Source: Eledone cirrhosa | Lineage: Eukaryota | Length of the DNA stretch: 64,000 bases | Assembly (NCBI GenBank): GCA_964016885.1 | Contig: OZ024742.1 | Span: 24,552,001 to 24,616,000, forward strand | Reading direction: 5' to 3' | Part shown: positions 12,901 through 25,400 of the stretch, piece by piece | Layout of the letters: each line of letters opens with the position of its first letter | How positions within the stretch are numbered: the first letter of the stretch is position 1 | Notes under the pieces: generated by a model | The model's input: the letters and a program-made list of their open reading frames with translations, nothing else | Told to the model about the DNA's origin: nothing | Database searches by the model: none | Translations under genes and position numbers: made by a program

Positions 12901-14676
12901 ATGTCTGCTGTGGATTGTGGCCGGTTGCTGTAAGGCTGAAGGTATGAGATGACTGCTGTGGACTGTGGCCTACTGCTGTAAGGCTGAAGGTATGAGATGA
13001 CTGCTGTGGATTGTGGCCTGTTACTTGAAGGTAGGAGATGACTGCTGTGGATTGTGGCCTGTTGCTGTAAGGCTGAAGGTATGAGAAGACTGCTGTGGAT
13101 TGTGGCCTGTTGCTGTAAGACTGAAGGTATGAGATGACTGCTGTGGATTGTGGCCTGTTGTTGTGAGGCTGAAAATATGAGATGACTGCTGTGGATTGTG
13201 GCTTGTTGTTGTGAGGCTGAAGGTATGAGACGACTGCTGTGGATTGTGGCCTGTTGCTGTAAGGCTGAAGGTATGAGATGACTGCTGTGGATTGTGGCTT
13301 GTTGTTGTGAGGCTGAAGGTATGAGATGACTGCTGTGGATTGTGGCTTGTTGTTGTGAGGCTGAAGGTATGAGATGACTGCTGTGGATTGTGGCTTGTTG
13401 TGAGGTTGAAGGTATGAGATGACTGCTGTGGATTGTGGCCTGTTGCTGTAAGGCTGAAGGTATGAGATGACTGCTGTGGATTGTGGCCTGCTGCTGTAAG
13501 GCTGAAGGTATGAGATGACTGCTGTGGATTGTGGCCTGCTGCTGTAAGGCTGAAGGTATGAGATGACTGCTGTGGATTGTGGCTTGTTGTTGTGAGGCTA
13601 AAGGTATGAGATGACTGCTGTGGATTGTGGCCTGCTGCTGTAAGGCTGAAGGTATGAGATGACCGCTGTGGATTGTGGCTTGTTGTGAGGCTGAATGTAT
13701 GAGATGACTGCCGTGGATTGTGGCTTGTTGTGAGGCTGAATGTATGAGATGACTGCTGTGGATTGTGGCTTGTTGTGAGGTTGAAGGTATGAGATGACTG
13801 CTGTGGATTGTGGCCTGTTGCTGTAAGGCTGAAGGTATGAGAAGACTGCTGTGGATTGTGGCCTGTTGCTGTAAGACTGAAGGTATGAGATGACTGCTGT
13901 GGATTGTGGCCTGTTGTTGTGAGGCTGAAAATATGAGATGACTGCTGTGGATTGTGGCTTGTTGTTGTGAGGCTGAAGGTATGAGACGACTGCTGTGGAT
14001 TGTGGCCTGTTGCTGTAAGGCTGAAGGTATGAGATGACTGCTGTGGATTGTGGCTTGTTGTTGTGAGGCTGAAGGTATGAGATGACTGCTGTGGATTGTG
14101 GCTTGTTGTTGTGAGGCTGAAGGTATGAGATGACTGCTGTGGATTGTGGCTTGTTGTGAGGTTGAAGGTATGAGATGACTGCTGTGGATTGTGGCCTGTT
14201 GCTGTAAGGCTGAAGGTATGAGATGACTGCTGTGGATTGTGGCCTGCTGCTGTAAGGCTGAAGGTATGAGATGACTGCTGTGGATTGTGGCCTGCTGCTG
14301 TAAGGCTGAAGGTATGAGATGACTGCTGTGGATTGTGGCTTGTTGTTGTGAGGCTAAAGGTATGAGATGACTGCTGTGGATTGTGGCCTGCTGCTGTAAG
14401 GCTGAAGGTATGAGATGACTGCTGTGGATTGTGGCCTGCTGCTGTAAGGCTGAAGGTATGAGATGACCGCTGTGGATTGTGGCTTGTTGTGAGGCTGAAT
14501 GTATGAGATGACTGCCGTGGATTGTGGCTTGTTGTGAGGCTGAATGTATGAGATGACTGCTGTGGATTGTGGCCTACTGCTGTAAGGCTGAAGGTAGGAG
14601 ATGTCTGCTGTTGGATTGTGGCCGGTTGCTGTAAGGCTGAAGGTATGAGATGACTGCTGTGGATTGTGGCCTGTTG
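9061..14676. repeat. Tandem duplication of a 2791-bp higher-order unit (2 copies)
   Basis: TCAC at 9775/12566 and CTAAAG at 10807/13598 and 11563/14354, all +2791. Confidence 0.88.
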
Positions 14677-17600
14677 CTGTAAGGCTGAAGGTATGAGATG
14701 ACTGCTGTGGATTGTGGCCTGTTGCTGTAAGACTGAAGCTATGAGATGACTGCTGTGGATTGTAGCCTGTTGCTGTAAGTCTGAAGGTATGAGATGACTG
14801 CTGTGGATTGTGGCCTGTTGCTGTAAGCCTGAAGGTATGAGATGACTGCTGTGGATTGTGGCATGTTGCTGTAAGGCTGAAGGTATGAGATGACTGCTGT
14901 GGATTGTGGCCTGTTGCTGTAAGACTGAAGGTATGAGATGACTGCTGTGGATTGTAGCCTGCTGCTGTAAGGCTGAAGGTATGAGATAACTGCTGTGGAT
15001 TGTGGCCTGTTGCTGTAAGGCTGAAGGTATGAGATGACTGCTGTGGATTGTGGCCTGTTGCTGTAAGACTGAAGCTATGAGATGACTGCTGTGGATTGTA
15101 GCCTGTTGCTGTAAGTCTGAAGCTATGAGATGACTGCTGTGGATTGTAGCCTGTTGCTGTAAGTCTGAAGGTATGAGATGACTGCTGTGGATTGTGGCAT
15201 GTTGCTGTAAGGCTGAAGGTATGAGATGACTGCTGTGGATTGTGGCCTGTTGCTGTAAGACTGAAGGTATGAGATGACTGCTGTGGATTGTAGCCTGCTG
15301 CTGTAAGGCTGAAGGTATGAGATAACTGCTGTGGATTGTGGCCTGTTGCTGTAAGGCTGAAGGTATGAGATGACTGCTGTGGACTGTTGCCTGTTGCTGT
15401 GAGGCTGAAACTATGAGATGAGTGCTGTGGATTGTGGTCTGTTGTTGTAAGGCTGAAGGTAGGAGATGACTGCTGTGGATTGAGGCTTGTTGCTGTAAGA
15501 CTGAAGCTATGAGATGACTGCTGTGGATTGTTGGCTGTTGCTGTAAGGCTGAAGGAAGGAGATGACTGCTGTGGATTGAGGCTTGTTGCTGTAAGGCTGA
15601 AGGTATGAGATGACTGCTGTGGACTCTGGCCTGTTGCTGTAAGGCTGAAGGTATGAGATGACTCTGTGGATTGTGGCCTGTTGCTGTGTGGCTGAAGGTA
15701 TGAGATGACGGCTGTGGATTGTTGCATGTTGCTGTGTGGCTGAAGGTATGAGATGACTGCTATGGATTGTGGCCTGTTGCTTAGTGGCTCAAGGTATGAA
15801 ATGACTGCTGTGTATTGTGGCCTTTTGTTGTGAGGCTGAAAATATGAGATGACTGCTGTGGATTGTGGCTTGTTGTTGTGAGGCTGAAGGTATGAGATGA
15901 CTGCTGTGGATTGTGGCCTGTTGCTGTAAGGCTGAAGGTATGAGATGACTGCTGTGGATTGTGGCTTGTTGTTGTGAGGCTGAAGGTATGAGATGACTGC
16001 TGTGGATTGTGGCTTGTTGTTGTGAGGTTGAAGGTATGAGATGACTGCTGTGGATTGTGGCCTGTTGCTGTAAGGCTGAAGGTATGAGATGACTGCTGTG
16101 GATTGTGGCCTGCTGCTGTAAGGCTGAAGGTATGACATGACTGCTGTGGATTGTGGCCTGCTGCTGTAAGACTGAAGGTATGAGATGACCGCTGTGGATT
16201 GTGGCTTGTTGTTGTGAGGCTGAAGGTATGAGATCACTGCTGTGGATTGTGGCCTGTTGATGTAAGGCTGAAGGTATGAGATGACTGCTGTGGACTGTGG
16301 CCTGTTGCTGTGAGGCTGATACTATGAGATGACTGCTGTGGATTGTGGCCTGTTGCTGTAAGGCTGAAGGTAGATGACTGCTGTGGATTGTGGCCTGTTG
16401 CTGTAAGACTGAAGCTATGAGATGACTGCTGTGGATTGTGGCCTGTTGCTGTAAGATTGAAGCTATGAGATGACTGCTGTGGATTGTTGCCTCTTGCTGT
16501 AAGGCGGAAGCTATGAGATGAATGCTGTGGACTGTGGCCTGTTGCTGTGTGGCTGAAGGTATGAGCTAAGTGCTGTGAATTGTGGCCTGTTGCTGAGTGA
16601 CTGAAGGTATGAGATGACTGCTGTGGATTGTGGCCTGTTGCTGTAAGGCTGAAGGCATGAGATGACTGCTGTGGATTGTGGCCTGTTGCTGTGAGGCTGA
16701 AGGTATGAGATGACTGCTGTGGATTGTGGCCTGCTGCTGTAAGGCTGAAGGTATGAGATGACTGCTGTAGATTGTGGCCTGCTGCTGTAAGGCTGAAATA
16801 TGAGATGACTGCTGTGGATTGTGGCCTGTTACTGTAAGGCTGAACGTATGAGATGACTGCTGTGGATTGTGGCTTGTTGTTGTGAGGCTGAAGGTATGAG
16901 ATGACTGATGTGGATTGTGGCTTGTTGTTGTGAGGCTGAAGGTATGAGATGACTGCTGTTGATTGTGGCTTGTTGTTGTGAGGCTGAAGGTATGAGATGA
17001 CTGCTGTGGATTGTGGCTTGTTGTTGTGAGGCTGAAGGTATGAGATGAAAGCTGTTGATTGTGGCTTGTTGTTGTGAGACTGAAGGTATGAGATGACTGC
17101 TGTGGATTTTGGCCTGTTGCTGTAAGACTGAAGGTATGAGATGACTGCTGTGGATTGTGGCATGTTGCTGTGTGGCTGAAGGTATGAGATGACTACTGTG
17201 GATTGTGGCCTGTTGCTGTGTGGCTCAAGGTATGAGATGACTGCTGTGAATTGTGGCCTGTTGCTGAGTGACTGAAGGTATGAGATGACTGCTGTGGATT
17301 GTGGCCTGTTGCTGTAAGGCTGAAGGCATGAGATGACTGCTGTGGATTGTGGCCTGTTGCTGTGAGGCTGAAGGTATGAGATGACTGCAGTGGATTGTGG
17401 CCTGTTGCTGAGTGACTGAAGGTATGAGATGACTGCTGTGGATTGTGGTTTGGTGCTGAGTGGCTGAAGGTATGAGATTACTGCTGTGGATTGTGGACTG
17501 TTGCTGAGTGACTGAAGGTATGAGATGACTGTTGTGGATTGTGGCCTGCTGCTGTATGACTGAAGCTATAAGATGACTGCTCTGGAATATGGCCTGTTGC

Positions 17601-19482
17601 TGTAAGACTGAAGGTATGAGATGACTGCTGTGGATTGTGGCCTGTTGCTGTGTGACTGAAGGTATGAGATCATTGCTGTGGATTGTGGCCTGTTGCTGTA
17701 AGGCTGAAGGTATGATATGACTACTGTGGATCGTGGCCTGTTGCTGTGTGGCTGAAGGCATGAGACAACTGCTGTGGATTGTGGCCTGTTGCTGTAAGAC
17801 TGAAGGTATGAAATGACTGCTGTGGATTGTGGCCTGTTGCTGTGTGGCTGAAGGTATGAGATGACTGCTGTGGATTGTGGCCTGTTGCTGTGTTGCTGAA
17901 GGTATGAGATGACTGCTGTGGATTGTGGCCTGTTGCTGTAAGGCTGAAGGTATGTGATGACTGTTGTGGATTGTGGCCTGTTGCTGTGTGGCTGAAGGTA
18001 TGAGCTGACTGCTGTGGATTGTGGCCTGTTGTTGTGAGGCTGAAGTTATGAGATGACTGCTGTGGATTGTGGCTTGTTGTTGTGAGGCTGAAGGTATGAG
18101 ATGATTGCTGTGGATTGTGGCCTGTTGCAGTAAGGCTGAAGGTATGAGATGACTGCTGTGGATTGTGGCCTGTTGCTGTGTGGCTGAAGGTATGAGATGA
18201 CTGCTGTGGATTGTGGCCTGTTGCTGTGTTGCTGAAGGTATGAGATGACTGCTGTGGATTGTGGCCTGTTGCTGTAGGGCTGAAGGTATGTGATGACTGT
18301 TGTGGATTGTGGCCTGTTGCTGTGTGGCTGAAGGTATGAGCTGACTGCTGTGGATTGTGGCCTGTTGTTGTGAGGCTGAAGTTATGAGATGACTGCTGTG
18401 GATTGTGGCTTGTTGTTGTGAGGCTGAAGGTATGAGATGATTGCTGTGGATTGTGGCCTGTTGCAGTAAGGCTGAAGGTATGAGATGACTGCTGTGGATT
18501 GTGGCCTGCTGCTGTAAGGCTGAAGGTATGAGATGACTGCTGTGGATTGAGGCTTGTTGTTGTGAGGCTGAAGGTATGAGATGACTGCTGTGGATTGTGG
18601 CTTGTTGTCGTGAGGCTGAAGGTATGAGATGACTGCTGTGGATTGTGGCCTGTTGCTGTAAGGCTGAAGGTATGAGATGACTGCTGTGGATTGTGGCCTG
18701 CTGCTGTAAGGCTGAAGGTATGAGATGACTGCTGTGGATTGTGGCCTGCTGCTGTAAGGCTGAAGGTATGAAATGACTGCTGTGGATTGTGGCTTGTTGT
18801 TGTGAGGCTGAATGTATGAGATGACTGCTGTGGATGGTGGCCTGCTGCAGTAAGGCTGAAGGTATGAGATGACTGCTGTGGATTGTGGCATGTTGCTGTA
18901 AGGCTGATGGTATGAGATTACTGCTGTGGATTGTGGCCTGTTGCTGTAAGACTGAAGGTATGAGATGACTGCTGTGGATTGTAGCCTGCTGCTGTAAGGC
19001 TGAAGGTATGAGATAACTGCTGTGGATTGTGGCCTGCTGCTGTAAGCCTGAAGGTATGAGATCACTGCTGTGGATTGTGGCCTGTTGCTGTGAGGCTGAA
19101 ACTATGAGATGACTGCTGTGCATTGTGGCCTGTTGCTGTAAGGCTGAAGGTAGGAGATGACTGCTGTGGATTGTGGCCTGTTGCTGAGTGGCTGAAGGTA
19201 TGAGATGACTGCTGTGGATTGTGGCCTGTTGCTGTAAGACTGAAGCTATGAGATGACTGCTGTGGATTGTTGCCTGTTGCTGTAAGGCGGAAGCTATGAG
19301 ATGAATGCTGTGGATTGTGGCCTGTTGCTGTGTGGCTGAAGGTATGAGCTAACTGCTGTGGATTGTGGCCTGTTGCTGTAAGCCTGAAGATATGAGATGA
19401 CGGCTCTGGATTGTGGCCTGTTGCTGTAAAGCTGAAGGTATGAGATGACTGCTGTGGATTGTGGCATGTTGCTGTGTGGCTG

Positions 19483-22400
19483 AAGGTATGAGATGACTGC
19501 TGTGGATTGTGGCCTGTTGCTTAGTGGCTCAAGGTATGAGATGACTGATGTGGATTGTTGCCTGTTGTTGTGAGGCTGAAAATATGAGATGACTGCTGTG
19601 GATTGTGGCTTGTTGTTGTGAGGCTGAAGGTATCAGATGACTGCTGTGGATTGTGGATTGTTGTTGTGAGGCTGAAGGTATGAGATGACTGCTGTGGATT
19701 GTGGGCGGCTGCTGTAAGACTGAAGGTATGAGATGACTGCTGTGGATTGTGGCCTGTTGCTGTAAGGCTGAAGGTATGAGATGTCTGCTGTGGATAGTGG
19801 CCTGCTGCTGTAAGGCTGAAGGTATGAGATGACTGCTGTGGATTGTGGCCTGTTGTTGTGAGGCTGAAGGTGTGAGATGACTGCTGTGGATTGTGGCTTG
19901 TTGTTGTGAGGCTGAAGGTATGAGATGACTGCTGTGGATTGTGGCTTGTTGTTGTGAGGCTGAAGGTATGAGATGACTGCTGTGGATTGTGGCTTGTTGT
20001 TGTGAGGCTGAAGGTTTGAGATGACTGCTGTGGATTGTGGCCTGCTGCTGTAAGGCTGAAGGTATGAGATGACTGCTGTGTATTGTGGCCTGTTGCTTGA
20101 AGGTAGGTGATGACTGCTGTGGTTTGTGGCCGGCTGCTGTAAGGCTGAAGGTATGAGATGACTGCTGTGGATTGTGGCCTACTGCTTTAAGGCTGAAGGT
20201 AGGAGATGTCTGCTGTGGATTGTGGCCGGTTGCTGTAAGGCTGAAGGGATGAGATGACTGCTGTGAATTGTGGCCTGTTGCTTGAATGTAGTAGATGACT
20301 GCTGTGGATTGTGGCCTGTTGCTGTAAGGCTGAAGGTATGAGATGACTGCTGTGGATTGTGGCCTGTTGCTGTAAGACTGAAGCTATGAGATGACTGCTG
20401 TGGATTGTAGCCTGTTGCTGTAAGTCTGAAGGTATGAGATGACTGCTGTGGATTGTGGCATGTTGCTGTAAGGCTGAAGGTATGAGATGACTGCTGTGGA
20501 TTGTGGCCTGTTGCTGTAAGACTGAAGGTATGAGATGACTGCTGTGGATTGTAGCCTGCGGCTGTAAGGCTGAAGGTATGAGATAACTGCTGTGGATTGT
20601 GGCCTGTTGCTGTAAGGCTGAAGGTATGAGATGACTGCTGTGGACTGTTGCCTGTTGCTGTGAGGCTGAAACTATGAGATGAGTGCTGTGGATTGTGGTC
20701 TGTTGCTGTAAGGCTGAAGGTAGGAGATGACTGCTGTGGATTGAGGCTTGTTGCTGTAAGACTGAAGCTATGAGATGACTGCTGTGGATTGTTGGCTGTT
20801 GCTGTAAGGCTGAAGGAAGGAGATGACTGCTGTGGATTGAGGCTTGTTGCTGTAAGGCTGAAGGTATGAGATGACTGCTGTGGACTCTGGCCTGTTGCTG
20901 TAAGGCTGAAGGTATGAGATAACTCTGTGGATTGTGGCCTGTTGCTGTGTGGCTGAAGGTATGAGATGACGGCTGTGGATTGTTGCATGTTGCTGTGTGG
21001 CTGAAGGTATGAGATGACTGCTATGGATTGTGGCCTGTTGCTTAGTGGCTCAAGGTATGAAATGACTGCTGTGTATTGTGGCCTTTTGTTGTGAGGCTGA
21101 AAATATGAGATGACTGCTGTGGATTGTGGCTTGTTGTTGTGAGGCTGAAGGTATGAGATGACTGCTGTGGATTGTGGCCTGTTGCTGTAAGGCTGAAGGT
21201 ATGAGATGACTGCTGTGGATTGTGGCTTGTTGTTGTGAGGCTGAAGGTATGAGATGACTGCTGTGGATTGTGGCTTGTTGTTGTGAGGTTGAAGGTATGA
21301 GATGACTGCTGTGGATTGTGGCCTGTTGCTGTAAGGCTGAAGGTATGAGATGACTGCTGTGGATTGTGGCCTGCTGCTGTAAGGCTGAAGGTATGACATG
21401 ACTGCTGTGGATTGTGGCCTGCTGCTGTAAGACTGAAGGTATGAGATGACCGCTGTGGATTGTGGCTTGTTGTTGTGAGGCTGAAGGTATGAGATGAATG
21501 CTGTGGATTGTGGCTTGTTGTTGTGAGGCTGAAGGTATGAGATGACTGCTGTGGATTGTGGCCTGTTGCTCTAAGACTGAAGGTATGAGATCACTGCTGT
21601 GGATTGTGGCCTGTTGCTGTAAGGCTGAAGGTATGAGATGACTGCTGTGGACTGTGGCCTGTTGCTGTGAGGCTGAAACTATGAGATGACTGCTGTGGAT
21701 TGTGGCCTGTTGCTGTAAGGCTGAAGGTAGGAGATGACTGCTGTGGATTGTGGCCTGTTGCTGTAAGACTGAAGCTATGAGATGACTGCTGTGGATTGTG
21801 GCCTGTTGCTGTAAGATTGAAGCTATGAGATGACTGCTGTGGATTGTTGCCTCTTGCTGTAAGGCGGAAGCTATGAGATGAATGCTGTGGATTGTGGCCT
21901 GTTGCTGTAAGATTGAAGCTATGAGATGACTGCTGTGGATTGTTGCCTCTTGCTGTAAGGCGGAAGCTATGAGATGAATGCTGTGGACTGTGGCCTGTTG
22001 CTGTGTGGCTGAAGGTATGAGCTAAGTGCTGTGGATTGTGGCCTGTTGCTGTAAGCCTGAAGATATGAGATGACGGCTCTGGATTGTCGCTTGTTGCTGT
22101 AAGGCTGAAGGGATGAGATTACTTTGTGGATTGTGGCCTGTTGCTGTGTGGCTGAAGGTATGAGATGACTGCTGTGGATTGTGGCATGTTGCTGTGTGGC
22201 TGAAGGTATGAGATGACTGCTGTGGATTGTGGCCTGTTGCTTAGTGGCTCAAGGTATGAGATGACTGATGTGGATTGTGGCCTGTTGTTGTGAGGCTGAA
22301 AATATGAGATGACTGCTGTGGATTGTGGCTTGTTGTTGTGAGGCTGAAGGTATGAGATGACTGCTGTGGATTGTGGATTGTTGTTGTGAGGCTGAAGGTA

Positions 22401-25400
22401 TGAGATGACTGCTGTGGATTGTGGCCTGCTGCTGTAAGGCTGAAGGTATGAGATGACTGCTGTGGATTGTGGCCTGCTGCTGTAAGGCTGAAGGTATGAG
22501 ATGACTGCTGTGGATTGTGGCCTGCTGCTGTAAGGCTGAAGGTATGAGATGACTGCTGTGGATTGTGGCCGGCTGCTGTAAGGCTGAAGGTATGAGATGA
22601 CTGCTGTGGATTGTGGCCTGTTGCTGTAAGGCTGAAGGTATGAGATGTCTGCTGTGGATAATGGCCTGCTGCTGTAAGGCTGAAGTATGAGATGACTGCT
22701 GTGGATTGTGGCCTGTTGTTGTGAGGCTGAAGGTATGAGATGACTGCTGTGGATTGTGGCTTGTTGTTGTGAGGCTGAAGGAATGAGATTACTGCTGTGG
22801 ATTGTGGCTTGTTGTTGTGAGGCTGAAGGTATGAGATGACTGCTGTGTATTGTGGCTTGTTGTTGTGAGGTTGAAGGTTTGAGATGACTGCTGTGGATTG
22901 TGGCCTGCTGCTGTAAGGCTGAAGGTATGAGATGACTGCTGTGTATTGTGGCCTGTTGCTTGAAGGTAGGTGATGACTGCTGTGGATTGTGGCCTGCTGC
23001 TGTAAGGCTGAAGGTATGAGATGACTGCTGTGGACTGTGGCCTACTGCTGTAAGGCTGAAGGTAGGAGATGTCTGCTGTGGATTGTGGCCGGTTGCTGTA
23101 AGGCTGAAGGTATGAGATGACTGCTGTGGACTGTGGCCTACTGCTGTAAGGCTGAAGGTATGAGATGACTGCTGTGGATTGTGGCCTGTTACTTGAAGGT
23201 AGGAGATGACTGCTGTGGATTGTGGCCTGTTGCTGTAAGGCTGAAGGTATGAGAAGACTGCTGTGGATTGTGGCCTGTTGCTGTAAGACTGAAGGTATGA
23301 GATGACTGCTGTGGATTGTAGCCTGCTGTTGTAAGGCTGAAGGTATGAGATAACTGCTGTGGATTGTGGCCTGCTGTTGTAAGGCTGAAGGTATGAGATA
23401 ACTGCTGTGGATTGTGGCCTGTTGCTGGAAGGCTGAAGGTATAAGATGACTGCTGTGGACTGTGGCCTGTTGCTGTGAGGCTGAAACTATGAGATGAGTG
23501 CTGTGGATTGTGGCCTGTTGCTGTAAGGCTGAAGGAAGGAGATGACTGCTGTGGATTGAGGCTTGTTGCTGTAAGACTGAAGCTATGAGATGACTGCTGT
23601 GGATTGTGGCCTGTTGCTGTAAGGCTGAAGGTATGAGATGACTGCTGTGGATTGTGGCATGTTGCTGTGTGGCTGAAGGTATGAGATGACTGCTGTGGAT
23701 TGTGGCCTGTTGCTTAGTGGCTCAAGGTATGAGATGACTGATGTGGATTGTGGCCTGTTGTTGCGAGGCTGAAAATATGAGATGACTGCTGTGGATTGTG
23801 GCTTGTTGTTGTGAGGCTGAAGGTATGAGATGACTGCTGTGGATTGTGGATTGTTGTTGTGAGGCTGAAGGTTTGAGATGACTGCTGTGGATTGTGGCCT
23901 GCTGCTGTAAGGCTGAAGGTATGAGATGACTGCTGTGGATTGTGGCCTGCTGCTGTAAGGCTGAATGTATGAGATGACTGCTGTGGATTGTGGCCTGCTG
24001 CTGTAAGGCTGAAGGTATGAGATCACTGCTGTGGATTGTGGCCCGTTGCTGTAAGGCTGAAGGTACGAGATGATTCTGTGGATTGTGGCCTGTTGCTTAG
24101 TGGCTCAAGGTATGAGATGACTGCTGTGGATTGTGGCCTGTTGCTTAGTGGCTCAAGGTATGAGATGACTGATGTGGATTGTTGCCTGTTGTTGTGAGGC
24201 TGAAAATATGAGATGACTGCTGTGGATTGTGGCTTGTTGTTGTGAGGCTGAAGGTATCAGATGACTGCTGTGGATTGTGGATTGTTGTTGTGAGGCTGAA
24301 GGTATGAGATGACTGCTGTGGATTGTGGGCGGCTGCTGTAAGACTGAAGGTATGAGATGACTGCTGTGGATTGTGGCCTGTTGCTGTAAGGCTGAAGGTA
24401 TGAGATGTCTGCTGTGGATAGTGGCCTGCTGCTGTAAGGCTGAAGGTATGAGATGACTGCTGTGGATTGTGGCCTGTTGTTGTGAGGCTGAAGGTGTGAG
24501 ATGACTGCTGTGGATTGTGGCTTGTTGTTGTGAGGCTGAAGGTATGAGATGACTGCTGTGGATTGTGGCTTGTTGTTGTGAGGCTGAAGGTATGAGATGA
24601 CTGCTGTGGATTGTGGCTTGTTGTTGTGAGGCTGAAGGTTTGAGATGACTGCTGTGGATTGTGGCCTGCTGCTGTAAGGCTGAAGGTATGAGATGACTGC
24701 TGTGTATTGTGGCCTGTTGCTTGAAGGTAGGTGATGACTGCTGTGGTTTGTGGCCGGCTGCTGTAAGGCTGAAGGTATGAGATGACTGCTGTGGATTGTG
24801 GCCTACTGCTTTAAGGCTGAAGGTAGGAGATGTCTGCTGTGGATTGTGGCCGGTTGCTGTAAGGCTGAAGGGATGAGATGACTGCTGTGAATTGTGGCCT
24901 GTTGCTTGAATGTAGTAGATGACTGCTGTGGATTGTGGCCTGTTGCTGTAAGGCTGAAGGTATGAGATGACTGCTGTGGATTGTGGCCTGTTGCTGTAAG
25001 ACTGAAGCTATGAGATGACTGCTGTGGATTGTAGCCTGTTGCTGTAAGTCTGAAGGTATGAGATGACTGCTGTGGATTGTGGCATGTTGCTGTAAGGCTG
25101 AAGGTATGAGATGACTGCTGTGGATTGTGGCCTGTTGCTGTAAGACTGAAGGTATGAGATGACTGCTGTGGATTGTAGCCTGCTGCTGTAAGGCTGAAGG
25201 TATGAGATAACTGCTGTGGATTGTGGCCTGTTGCTGTAAGGCTGAAGGTATGAGATGACTGCTGTGGACTGTTGCCTGTTGCTGTGAGGCTGAAACTATG
25301 AGATGAGTGCTGTGGATTGTGGTCTGTTGCTGTAAGGCTGAAGGTAGGAGATGACTGCTGTGGATTGAGGCTTGTTGCTGTAAGACTGAAGCTATGAGAT

